From assembly GCF_006345805.1 (NCBI RefSeq), contig NC_043002.1, positions 46,004,001 to 46,068,000 on the forward strand: 64,000 bases of DNA, read 5' to 3'. Source of the stretch: Octopus sinensis (Eukaryota). Positions 40,355-53,200 of this stretch are shown here, one piece after another (position 1 is the first letter of the stretch; the number at the start of each line of letters is the position of its first letter). A model generated the notes under the pieces. That model did not search any database and was not told where the DNA came from. It worked only from the letters and a program-made list of their open reading frames with translations. A program made the translations under genes and the position numbers.

Positions 40355-41232
40355 TCAGAGGAAACCGAGGGTTTTGTGGCCTGCTGCTAATGAGAAAGGG
40401 AAATATAAAGAGTTTGAAAACAAGGTGTCAAGCTCTTTATAAAATGACAAGCTCTACAGTGGAGAAACTGGGAAAATTATCAAGCTCAATTTACAATACA
40501 GGAAAGGATTTATTTGGAGTGAAAGAGAATATCCAATTAGTGAAAGGAAAGTGTGGACCAAGCAGGAGGATCAAGAAAATGAAGCAGTTGAGGAAGGAAA
40601 AGTCCAGCCTAAGAAAGCGATGGAGATGTGCTACACAAGATGAGAAACCTGGCCTTGCACTGCTGTATAATGATTTGAAAAGGAAATGTCGTTATGTGCA
40701 ACGACATATCTGCCAATATGAGCATCAAAAGGAGAATAAAAGGACTCAGGAGCAGTTTCTGAAGGACCCATTTGGGTTTACTAAGAAGTTGTTTACTGAA
40801 CCGAAGTGTGGTTCTTTATCATGCATGAAAGAAGAATTGGACGCTCATATTAAAGAAACCTACAGTGATCTGCACCATAACCAGCCACTGCCACCTCTAA
40901 GACGCAGGCTGGAAAGCAGAGCATTTTCCACTCAAAGTTGGATGTAGAGGATTTGTTGGACACAGTGTGAGACTATTGTTGTTATCATTAGGCCTAACTC
41001 ATCGTAAAGTCAATACCACCATGACCGATATCCAAACTACAGTGGAAAAGGCTAGCCACTGGGTTTGGTTAAAAAGAGATGATGAGTGATGGCTAGAAGA
41101 ATATTGAACTATGTCTGATAACCAGTTGATCTAGCAAGCAGGGCCTCATATCAGTAGGGTGTGGGATGGTGCGCATTGATGCCATCAAGAGGTAGGCCCC
41201 GAAACGGCATGCATTCTCTCCTGATGACCCCA
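40355..41232 (+). mobile_element. Internally deleted HERO-like (R2 group, REL endonuclease) non-LTR element
   Basis: RKPRVLWPAAN and FLKDPFGFTKKLF..ELDAHIKETYSD fused at about 40900 to AGWKAEHFPLKVGCRGFVG..ASHWVWLKR; no RT core. Confidence 0.8.
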
Positions 41233-43514
41233 TACACTTGCTGGCTTCCGGTATGCAGAGTTTTTGACTGGTAGCACGTGCATATGCAAGTTGTTTGCAA
41301 GACATCTCAGTAAACGTTCTTTGTGGTGAACTTGCCCCACAGTGAACTTTCTTCATGTGAATTGATGACGGTGAACTCTCCTGTGATGAACTGATGGTGG
41401 TGAACTTAACTGTTATCAGCTTTCATGACGATTGAGGTACATATGACACAACACTATATTATGATACTATGGGTACTAGTTATGTGACACCAGCATGGGC
41501 CACATTGCCTTTGTGAGGCCCAATGCTTGAAAAGTGCTTTTTACATGTCAGTTATGTAGCACCAGCATCAGACATGACTACAATTTCACTTGACTTGATA
41601 GCTCTTCTCAAGCATGCATATTGCCAAAGTTCTCGGTCACAAGACATTGCCTCTATGAGGTCCAAACACAGTTTGTTAAATGCTATTCAGTGAGATCTAT
41701 GAAGTCAATTAGCTGAATGGCTGAGCAAAATTTCTCCCATAAAGCATCCTACCACCATTAACTCTTTAGCATACTCATTATTCTGTTAAAGAGTAGTTAG
41801 AACATCAGGCTTACAATCATGAGGTAGTGAGTTCGATTCCTGGACCAAGCTGTGTGTTGTGTTCTTGAGCAAGACACTTTGTTTCATGTTGCTCCAGTTC
41901 ACTCAGCTGTAAAAATAGGTTGCAACATCACTGGTGCCAAGTTATAACAGCTTTGCTTTTCCCTTGAATAACATCAGTGGATTGGAGAGAGGAGACTGAT
42001 ATGCATGAGTGACTGGTGGTCTTCCATATACAACCTTGCCCAGACTTGTACCTTCAAGGGGAATTTTCTAAGTACAATCCCACGGTCATTCATGACCAAG
42101 GGGACCTTTACCCTTACTCTGTCAAATGTAGTGTTATTTATTCATATTGTTTTCAACTAATTAGTTATCATCTTGTAGCATTGAGATTTCAATGATGTGA
42201 TTGTATATTTTCAAAATGACATTGTAGTGTTGGTGTGAGAGGCAGGATCTAGCCAGTAAGACTATAAAACAGGTAGGATATTTGAGTTGAATATGGCCAA
42301 AATAAATGCCAAAGGGTTAAAATAATAACATATCTCATATCCACAAGTTTTTATCATGTTCTATAGTAAAGACAGTAAGGCTATAGACAGAATTATTAAC
42401 AGTTTGATCAGTTAACCATATTAAATTACGTTCACGTTTGCTCATTCTACCCAATAGCAACACAATTCTGTACAGTATAAGTTCCTATAAATGGTATCAA
42501 GTTTGGTTGACATTCTTAATGAATTCTGTATAATGTTCAGCACCGGAGCTAGTGTCATTACCAGAGGTGCTATTGAAACTGATTCCTGTTACGAAAAATT
42601 AATGTTACAATCCTCTAGAATTTTTGAGTGTTGCCTTTTTTTTTCCTAATTAAAAAAAGAAAACAACAAAAAGGAATCCCCCAAAACATAAGAAGTTAAT
42701 ATCTTTTTGTATTGAGTTTTGCTGGAAGTGAAATTCTCATATAAGAGTCTTTGGTACATGTTGCCTGCTTCAAATTTTACATTGTAAAAGTGTTTGAAAC
42801 CTTTCCTTTCTGAGCCCTTGAAATGCTTCCCTCTCTCTTACTCTTCATCTTTTAGTAGCTTTCTTTAGTGTCTCAACATCATCTATCTCCATGTCCACTA
42901 CCATTACAACTTGGTGATCTTGATTATCTACAGTCCCACAAAGTTTCCCTAGCATATGATCCAAATACCTTCTCCATCCTTGCTTATATTTTGCATTATG
43001 TTCCTTCAAAGGATAGACATTTCATGTTTTGCTACAGTGAAAATTGTCTATTTAGGAGAGAAACTACTCTGAAATAGAGACCTAGTATATGGTAGAGGGT
43101 GTTATCTTATAAAAAAAAATCTCTCTAGAGCCAATATATACAGCAATAAATATAGCCAGTTCACTACAAGTAGTTGATAGCAGGAAAGGCATCTAGCTGT
43201 AAAACTTTAAACTGAATCAGATAGATAACTACATCAAATTCTTTAAAAGACTAATAGTGCAAAAATTCTTTAAAAGACTACACACAAACTAAACTGATGC
43301 TAACATAAAAAGAAAAATAGATTTTGAAATGATGATGATGATGATGATGGCAGTGATGATGATGGCAGTGATGATGACAAAACTATTTAATAATTATTAA
43401 AAATGATTTAAGGTACATAGTAAAATATCAAATCGTATAGTGTGTATTTAATTTAATTTTACCTCATTAAATGAATTAAACCAAGGTGTGCATTTATTTG
43501 TATAATTTTCTTAC

Positions 43515-43766
43515 CTGTTTAGTTCTTTTCAACATTTTGCTCATGCCTTTGTACTTGAAATAACTGTTCACAAATTTGTCATTCTGAGAATTATAAGGTG
43601 GGATCACTTGACCTAACTTTGGATTTAGCTTAGAGAAGTCATCTGAAATACTGCTGACAGCTACACAGTCCAGTACAAAGCCATTTTCAAATTGTCTAAG
43701 TTTTGTAGGCGGTGGAGTTGGTGGTGTTTTGTAAATCTTATTGCGGCATTTTTTCTTCGAAGGCAT
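43515..43766 (-). CDS. SPMAP1: SPMAP1/C17orf98 (DUF4542)-like exon 1, 84 aa, MPSKKK...ENGFVLDCVAVSS...IPPYNSQND...KRTKQ
   Basis: ATG at 43766-43764; donor CAG|GTAAG; motifs match recalled human C17orf98 EKGFILDGVAVS and IPPYNAQQD. Confidence 0.9.
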
Positions 43767-43777
43767 TATATTACTAA

Positions 43778-43790
43778 GTAACTAAGTAAC
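43778..43790. promoter_or_regulatory. Candidate RFX X-box GTAACTAAGTAAC just upstream of the SPMAP1-like ATG; second candidate at 43934-43948
   Basis: Fits GTNRCY-N-RGYAAC; ciliary genes are typically RFX-regulated. Motif match only. Confidence 0.35.
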
Positions 43791-44440
43791 CTTTTTTTTT
43801 TCATTTACAGTTAACCGAATAGCAAACAGCTCTGCAAGTTTACTATATAAACTTCTCAATGTCTATCACTATAATAACATTGGCAGTATTTCCACTACCT
43901 TCTACCCCTACCTAAGCTGTACCAACAGTTATTGTTGTTAGGGGTAACAAGATTAAACTACCTGGCCATTAATTTTCTTTTCCTTTTTCACCCTCTCCTC
44001 TAAACTAACACTAGCTAAGTAACAGATTAATTAGCTATGTGAAATATCTTCTCGGAGTAATAATTTCAAGATCTTCTTCATAGGTATCAATAGTTCTTAA
44101 TGTCATAAAGTATAAAGTATCGGATGCTGCTGTTGCAGCAAATAGTGATAAAGAAGAGAATGGGGGAGATGTTCTCAGTCATCTTCAAATTCATTTTGAC
44201 ATCTACTTTTCCATGCTTGCATAGGTTAGAAACAATTTGTTTAGGTAAATTTTCTATGGTCAGATGCCCTTCTTGTTATCAATATTGACCTGTTTTTGAG
44301 CAAGTTAATATTTTCCCATGGTCAGACATTTTCTCATAGAATATCAGAATATTAGAAATTAATGACACTGCTTATATAATAGTGACAATCATTTTTACAA
44401 CTATCATGTGATGTCAAGAGAAGGACACATACACGCGCGT

Positions 44441-44475
<35 letters not shown>

Positions 44476-44487
44476 CTCACACACACA

Positions 44488-44556
<69 letters not shown>

Positions 44557-44557
<1 letters not shown>

Positions 44558-44890
44558 AAGGCGCATGGCTCAGTGGTTAGAGCGTCGAGCTTACAATCAT
44601 GAGGTTGTGAGCAAGAATCCCGGACCGGGCTGCATGTTGTGTTCTTGAGCATAACACTTTATTTCACGTTGCTCCAGTTCACTCAGCTGTAGAATTGAGT
44701 TGCGACATCACAGGTGCCAAGCTGTATCGGCCTTTGCCTTTCCCTTGGATAACATTGGTGGCATGGAGACGGGAGGCTGGTATGCATGGGCGACTGCTGG
44801 TCTTCCATAAATAACCTTGATGGACTTGTGCCTGGGAGGGTAACTTTCTAGGTGCAATCCCATAGTCTGTGTTGTGACCGAAGGGGGTCT
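44557..44890 (+). mobile_element. tRNA-head SINE family C; copies at 34403-34735(+), 41790-42112(+), 55017-55350(+) and 62090-62416(-)
   Basis: tggctcagtggttagag A box and, in most copies, a gttcgaatcc-like B box; shared body ending gaagggggtc. Confidence 0.92.
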
Positions 44891-44934
44891 CAGATACACA
44901 CACATATATGAAGCTAGCATGCCTTGTTAGATAT

Positions 44935-45835
44935 GCAATGTCAATGTCAGTGTGCTTGTACAACAGAGTGTAAGTATCTTGAGAGAAAAGTTGAGCATAA
45001 GAGGCATCAGATGTGGTGTGCAAGAGAGATAATTGCACTGGTATGGTTATGTGAAGCATATGGCTGAGGACCGTTGTGTAACAGTGGAGGGAACTTGTGG
45101 TAGAGGGAGACCGAAGAAGACATGGGACAAGGTGGTGAACTATGATCTTCGGACTTTAGACCTCATGGAAGCAATGACTAGTGACCGAGACCTATGGCAA
45201 TATACTGTGCTTGAGAAAACCTGTCAAGCCAAGTGAAATTATAGTTATGGCCGATGCTGGTGTCATGAAACTGGCACCTGTGCCAGTTGCCTGTAAAAAG
45301 CACCTTTCGAGCATTAGGCCTCATGGAGGCAGACAAATGACCAAGACATTTGGCAATATGCCATGCTTGAAAAGATTCATCAAGCCAAATGAAATTGCAG
45401 TCATGGCAGATACTGGTGTCATGCAAATAGCATCCATGCCAGTGGCACATAAAAGAACTCATTACACTCTCAGAATGGTTGGCATTAGGAAGGGCATCTA
45501 GCCATAGAAGCCATGCCAAATCAGACTAGAGTTTGGTGCAACTCCTCAGCTTGCCAGCTCTAGTCAAACTGTTCAACCTATGCCAGCATGGACAATGGAC
45601 ATTAAATGATGATGATGAGGAGGAGTATATATACACACACACACACACTGCCATGTAAAAGCATCCAGTACACACTGTAAAGTGGTTGGCATAAGGGCAT
45701 CCAGCCAGAGAAACCATGCCAAATCAGACTGGAGTCTGGTGCAGCTTGCCAGCTTACCAGCTCTGCAAAGCATTCAACCCATGCCAACTTCGACAATGGA
45801 CATTAAATGATGATGATGATGATGATGCACATACA
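44935..45835 (+). mobile_element. Older degenerate RTE 3' end with a duplicated tail
   Basis: REKLSIRGIRCGVQER.LHWYGYV..GTCGRGRP homologous to 58200-58470; two consecutive ggaagggcatc..ccatgc..gatgat tails. Confidence 0.85.
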
Positions 45836-46197
45836 CACACAGATGTAATGGCAGGATTCTTCCAGTTTTTGTCTATGAAGTTCACTTACAAAGTTTTGGC
45901 TGACCTCAGGAAGCTCAAGTATAAAAACACTTCCCAAAGGTGCCATGCAGTGGGACTGAATCTGAAATCATTAGTTGGGAAGAGGAGTCAACTTTGCCTT
46001 TCATCCTTTTGGGGTCAACAAAATAAGTACCAATCAAGTACTGGGGTCTATGTAATTGACTAGTCCCCCTTCTGCAAAATTTCAGGTCTTGTGTCTATAG
46101 TAGAAAGGATTATTAGTATTATTATTAATATTTTTCTGTAGGAAAAATGAGGATAAACACAAATTTATATCAACCCTTAGGAAACAACAGGGTTGTA

Positions 46198-46505
46198 GAG
46201 GCACATGGTCTAGTGGTTAGAGCAGCGGACTCACGGTCGAGGGATCGCGGGTTCAAATCTCAGACTGGGCGATGTGTATGTTTATGAGTGAAACACTTAA
46301 GCTCCACGTCGCTCCAGCAGAAGGTAATGGCAAACTTCTTCTGACTCTTTCGCTACAACTTTCTCTCACTCTTTCCTCCTGCATCTTGCAGCTCACCTGC
46401 GACGGACTGGTGCCCTGTCCAGGTGGGGAACCTATACACCAAGGAAACCGGGAAATCGGCCCTTATGAGCCAGTCATGGCTCGAAAAGGAACAAACAAAC
46501 AAACA
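46198..46505 (+). mobile_element. tRNA-head SINE family D with an (AAAC)n tail
   Basis: tggtctagtggttagag..gggttcaaatc boxes; gcgacggactggtgccctgtccagg segment. Confidence 0.8.
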
Positions 46506-46879
46506 GCAGGGTTGATCTCTTGGCCAAAAAGTCGAATGACAAAGAAGATTATATCAATTCATTCAATTTCCTGCAAAAATATATAAAGCTTTATATACGT
46601 AAAGTAATTACTTTATTTTTTATAATTTTTTTTTTGAAAAATAAGTGCATTCCCTCTGGGCTTGTGAAAGGATACCATCTTCTTGGCACTGAAACTCTAA
46701 ATGAGGGTTTGTCTCCAAATGTTTAAAGTGTTCCATGAGAATCTGCCATAGTTAAGCATCTATATGTATTTGGAACATGTATTGTAGGGCTCTAAACAAC
46801 CATAATGGTGAAACGCATGTAGGAACTTTAATATAAATTTGTGTTTATCCTTATTTTTCCAACAATAGCTCTGGTGCTC

Positions 46880-47330
46880 ATAATGAGTAATACTGCTCCA
46901 TATAGCAGTTACACAAAATCAAAAACCAATACAGCACCCATGACTTTTAGAAACTTTTTCATGTTAAGAATTGCTGAAGCATAGAATATACTACCTGCAT
47001 CAGTTGTTAGCTGTTGAGATACTACATCCTTCAAAACTTCCATGCTTTCTGAAATTTGCCAACCTGATGCCCTATTTTTTTTTATAGACCTGTTCACTGT
47101 TTAATTCATGTGCATATTCTATGTATTGTTCAAGCAGTTGTAGTTACTTTTTCTAATGAGTTGTAGTTCATCTGAGCACTGTGTACAACAAGTTCATTAT
47201 AAATGTAGCAACGATACAGAAAGCAGACTGGATTATAAAAATCTATATGGCACTCTAAACATAATAATAGCAGTTGTACACTTGCTTGTACACAGTGTAT
47301 AGCCAAGTGTATAGCACTGGAAGTAATAAT
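46880..47330 (+). mobile_element. CR1/L2-type LINE 3' end; another at 32395-32665
   Basis: Homologous to 38200-38585 (cctgcatcagttgttagctg..aaaacttccatgctttctgaaa). Confidence 0.7.
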
Positions 47331-47841
47331 TTTGAAGCCATTATCAGGGCTTAGAGGAGACAAAAATGAGCCAACTGATATTAGATGTCAGTGGTATAGA
47401 GGTCAGCAATATAGATAAGAAACTCTTGTCAAAAGATAAGAAACCATTTCAGTAGTTATAAAAGAGTCAAATATTCTGATACAGGTTGACTGTAGTTAAT
47501 GATTAGAGAATTTGATGACTGAAGCGTTTGTTTATAATACAGATGGATCTTTTTGATATAGCCCCCCCCCCCACTCCACCCCGTATGTCTATGTGGTGCC
47601 AGCAGTACTTTAATGTAGTTAGGTGGTGGTGGTGGAATTTAATTATTGTATAAGGTTACACGTGAAAATTGAGATAAACTTTGCAATGAGGGGGTCATTG
47701 TGGGAGGTCATTAGGTTTAGCTTTGGTATGTATATGGAGTGAAGTGGTTTTAGCTGTGTTATTATTTATACGAGTAGTGTCATAGGTATGCTTTCTTGAG
47801 ATATTAGCACACACACACACACACGCACACACACACACGTA

Positions 47842-47900
<59 letters not shown>

Positions 47901-48997
47901 GTCATATTGGTTTCAAATCTTGGCACACGGCCAGCAAATTCAAGGGGAGTGGAAAGTCAATTACATCAACTCCTGTGATATTTATTTTATTGATCCTGAA
48001 AGGAGAAAAGGCAAAGTTGACTTTGAACTCAGAACAGAACTTGAAGTTAGAACAAAATACCACTCACCATGCTAATAATTCTGCCAGCTCACTGCCTTTA
48101 CAATACATGTCATATTAAAATGCATCAATGTTTAGTAATTTAACATGAAACCATGATGAAGGCCACTTCATCCAGTGACAAAGAAGAAATATGCTTACCT
48201 ATCCTTTGAGCTACATTCTTAAAGATACATGGCAGGTGATGAATTCTTATTAAATTTCTGTGAATAAAAAAAACCCTTTTTTAGGCTCTTTCTGTTCTGG
48301 GCTCAAATTCTGCCAAAGTTGACTTTGCTGTTCATCCTTCATAGGCTGATAAAAAATAAGTACCAGTCACATACTGGGGTTGATGCAATTAACTTGCCTC
48401 TGTACTCAAAATTGCTGGCCTTGTGTCAAAATTAGAAAGAATATTGAATAACCTTTTATTAGGCTGGTGTTAAGGCCTAAAACTGCTAAATTTCAGATTC
48501 AAATCAATGGTTTTAAACTGAGGGCCATATGACCATTGAGGGTTCATATAAGATTTAGTCGATAAATTTTATGTGCAATAAATTGGTTGTACTTCTACAA
48601 TACACAAAATATCTTAACAATTCTTATTACAATTTCTTATAATATTTAACTATAATTATACAATATGCTTTTCTTAAAACAATGAGGTCCACCTGAGTAA
48701 AATTGGGACAAAAAGGGATCCATAGATAAAAAAATGGTTGAAAATCAGATCTAGAGTAGTACCTAATAAGTTGGGGTTACTAATATTTGTATCAAGTGTG
48801 ATTCCATACACTGGCAAAATGCAATAAGATCTATTCTCAGCCTATAGGATTCATGCCCTTTCATAGTATGGGTAACAATAAAATCATCATCCCTATATAC
48901 ATGTGCACTTAAGTTTGGGAGTTCTTCGTGTAATCAATTCAGAATATATGTACCTATTCTCCTCCTCCTCCTCACCACCACCACCACCACCACCACC

Positions 48998-49031
<34 letters not shown>

Positions 49032-49139
49032 TCATAATTTTAATGTCCACTTTTTGATGCTCACATGGGTCAAACAGGATTTTGTTACTCCTCCTCCTCC
49101 TCCTCCTGCCCTCCTCCTCCTCATCATCACCATCATCAC

Positions 49140-49178
<39 letters not shown>

Positions 49179-49614
49179 TTTAATGTCCACTTTTTGATGC
49201 TCACATGGGTCAAACAGGATTTTGTTAAGGTGGATTTTTTTCTAACTAAATGCCCTTCCTGTCAACATGCCACACCTGTTTCCATATAGGTAACATTTCC
49301 CCATGACCAGACATGTTTCCATGGAAGATTGGGAATGATGGACATCATTTGCATATCATAGACATTCGCTTACAACTATAACACAATATCAAGGCAAGGA
49401 GACTGTAAACACACACACTCACATACATATACATTCAATGGGCTTATTTCAGTTTGCATCTACCAAAACCACTCACAAGGCTTTAGTTGGCCTTAGGCTA
49501 TTGCAAAAGACATATGCCCAATGTGTCACACAATGGGACTGACCCCAGAACCACATGGTTGGGATGCAAACTTCTTACCACGCAGCCACGCCTGTACCCA
49601 TAACCATGCCATGC

Positions 49615-49765
49615 ATAATTCTGCACCACCATAGGCACTCATAGGCAAATCAAATAATTCAAATCTGTTCCTTTTTTTAAGCCCAAACTGAGTTGTTGAA
49701 AAACCATAATGATTTCCTGCTGCATAGGATATCGGTATCCAAGTGTCCAAGAACTTTCTTACCAA
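49615..49765 (-). mobile_element. Penelope-like RT fragment
   Basis: RKSLWFFNNSVW then, after a frameshift, LFDLPMSAYGGAELC, resembling the PLE motif FDVTMGSYDGAEVC. Confidence 0.7.
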
Positions 49766-50190
49766 ACTGATATATATATATATTCTTTTACTTGTTTCAG
49801 TCATTTGACTGCAGCCATACTGAAGCACTGCCTTTAGTCGAGCAAATCGACTCCAAGACTTATTCTTTGTAAGCTTAGTACTTATTCTACCAGTCTCTTT
49901 TGTTGAACTGCTAAGTTACAGGGACGTAAACATACAAGCATTGGTTGTCAAGCAATGTTGGAGGGACAAACACAGACACACAAACATATACACACACACA
50001 TACGATGGCTTCTTTCAGTTTCCGTCTACCAAATCCACTCGCAAGGTTTTCGTTGGCCCAGGGCTATAGTAGAAGACACTTGCCACACAGTGGGACTGAA
50101 CCCAGAACCATGTGGTTGGTAAGCAAGTTACTTACCACACAGCCACTCCTGCACCTATATATATACATACACACACATACACATATATAT

Positions 50191-50226
<36 letters not shown>

Positions 50227-53200
50227 TTTTCCTTTTAATTGAATTTAGTTAAGAACTAAATGGTAAAGATACTTACAAACTGTTCCACAAAATAATGAAG
50301 TAAGAATTGAGACAGGTAAACTAAAATAACTCAGTGGGTGGAACCAATTGAAACAATATTTTTCTTGTCAAAATATAATCATAGAGTGGGACAATGTCTG
50401 TTTCATTGTAACAACCAATATCAAACACTAGCAGTTTGAGCTGAAACATGGAATCAACCAGAAAGTTAGCAACACCCAAACTTCAATTACCTTATGCTAA
50501 TAGATTATGTGACAACAAAGAGCTGAGAATGTGTTTTACTTTTATGCTTTAATAAATAAGTACTAACTCTCTAATTCAAAATGATAACTTGAACAGATTA
50601 TCTTACTCATGTTTCTTCACCTTCCCTTATGCAATAGGAAATTACTTAAATGAAGAACAAATAGTTGTGTCTTTTCCTGGCTTATTTAACCTTATAACCT
50701 AAACACCATAAGCAGCAGCATCTTGCTACCTGTAAGAGTTACAAAACAAAACAAAATGAAAAGCCTCATTTGATCTATTAAGTGACAGGAATGAAAACAA
50801 AGATAGACGGTATTCAATGAGAAAACCAATTATCTGCAGTCTTCTACGGTATTAAATACCACAGCTACAGGCCAACCCTTGCAAAAACTGCCAACAACCT
50901 GATAATCAATAAACAGTTTCTAAATATAACAGCAAATAGTGAACAGAACTAGATTTTGTTTCAGGATTAAAAAAAAATACTATTTGAGTTTTTTTTTTTT
51001 GTATCATTTTCAATCACATGTTCTCAAAATACACCATATATGATTTACTCTTTTACTGTTTTTTTTTTGTTGCTTGCGTCAGTCACTGAATGAACTGTGA
51101 CCATACTGGGGCACTATCTCGATCAAATTGATCAAATTGCCCGATACTTAGTGTTTAAGTCTGGTACTTATTCTCTTGATCTCCTTTTGCTGAACTGCTA
51201 GGTTATGGGAATGTAAGCAAACCAACTTCAGTTGTCAAGGAGTAAGAGACAAATACAAATACAAAGATGCACACACACACACACATGCATTCACGCACAC
51301 ACATGCATCCACACAGTGTGTGTATGTATATATATACATATATATATTGTTAAACTTTTCTATTGAGGTAAGACCAACAAAAAAATTATTCTAACTGGTG
51401 AGAGATAAATATTGTTTTATGTACACAACATATAGTTATGAGCTACTAATAGTTTCATGCATTGGAGATGATGTCTAGGCAGGTTTTAATAATATGCTTT
51501 TAATGACATGTCTAGTGTCTCTAAGCAGTCTTGAGGCTCTGAGCACATGGCCTATACAAGTTACAAATCAGGACAATAGAACACACAGTATATATATGAT
51601 ATTTATACAATATAGCATCATAGATCCATTTCAGTTGGTTTTATCAATCAGTTTTGTACACTGATTGAAAAAATCCAGTCCTCATGCTCATCAGAAGGCT
51701 TGCTAGGAAGTGTATGGCAATGGCTCTGCCACTGGAAGTCAGAAAACAAAACATCAGGGCTGTGGATGTTGTGAAAAACGAAAATGAAAAGAAAACCCTA
51801 TGAGAGAAGCTCAAGGAAGGAATTTTTGCTCATTAGAGTTATGCCCCTTGGATAAGGATCAGACAGTGTCATCATAGTGTAAGGGTTAAAGGCCTCTAGG
51901 GTGGGGTTGGGGCTGGGTGTGGGCATGATTGAATTGACAAGTGTGCAGGAGTTGGGGTGGAAAGTGGGGACGGGGGAAGGGAAAATAGGGCCAAACTCAA
52001 AATCACTTGTGGACATATATAAGCATGTGTATATGTTTTTATGTAATAAACTGTGTGTGGGAGGGGGGGGAAACTTCTGCTGAACCCTCAGATTATGGTG
52101 ATGAAAAATACTGATGATGAAAGCTCTTATGTTTATATTCATGCATTGTATTACCTCAGTATCCAAATACATATCTCCCTTCCTGAGGGCAGGATCAGGA
52201 TAATCTCATTTTTACAGTTAAAGTAGGTATCCAGCTGAAGTAAGTTTTTTAGTATAAATCTTTTTTTCTGCCAAGTAGAGTCTGCATCTCCTAGTGCTAT
52301 TGAAATAAGGTTTATATATATTTTCTTAATATTCCCTGCCCAAAACTTAAAGGTATTTCACAAATCCAGATTTCTTATATGGTCATTTTCAAATATCGTT
52401 TATGTTTAGTTTGATAATATGTGAATAATTATATTATATAATTAGCTGAATAAATTATTTTAAAAATCTAGTCCTCTCAAATTGCTAAATTTAACATCTT
52501 CAATGCAACCTTCTGATGCAAAAAAAAAAAAGAAAGAAAGATTTCCCAGCACTGATTTAGAGTAGATTGCACTTTCTCTAACTTATTGATATCTGAATTA
52601 ATTAATGAATATATCTCCCAAATAATTTTGGTGGGTTACTTTGTTTGATATTAATAATGTTTATTATAAAAGAAAGACAGAATAGTGTGTTTTAAATCAG
52701 TTAATTCAAATTTAATTTTAGAAAATAGCTTCTAACTTTTGAAACAGGAAATAGCTTATAAATTCAAGACAGGAAAACCAGAAGCAAAAACATCACCTGT
52801 GAAACATGTTGAAGTAGGAATCTATATTTCAGAAATGGTTTCTACGCATCATTCATTTATTCATCTAGTCGTAGGAGGTCTAATTTGTAATTGCACACAG
52901 TTAGTCTGTAATATACTTCAGTAAATATTGTTCTTTATCATAATATATTCAAGGAAACTGAAAGAGATTTAAAATGTCAACTTAACAGCATCTGTCACAA
53001 GTAAATCATTCAACGTTGTAAACTCCATCTCAAGGATTGGAATTACTCTTCCCACGTTGTAACCTGTTCTTACTTGTTGCACGTGTCAGAATAGGAATTT
53101 ATATTGTTGTGATAAATTCTCCTGCCAAGCTCATTCGTTGGGCGTACCTTCATTATATACACACAAGGTGCTTTCTAATTGTTGTAGATAATCATTTGAT

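Noticed and set aside
41185-41232. GAAAC followed by CTGATGA in the HERO 3' UTR as a permuted hammerhead
   Set aside because: Only about 15 nt separate the boxes, too few for stems III and I.
50682-50899. Candidate small minus-strand exons (VARCCCLWCLGYKVK; VVGSFCKGWPVAV)
   Set aside because: Acceptors are plausible, but several frames read equally well and I recognise no homology; not listed as features.
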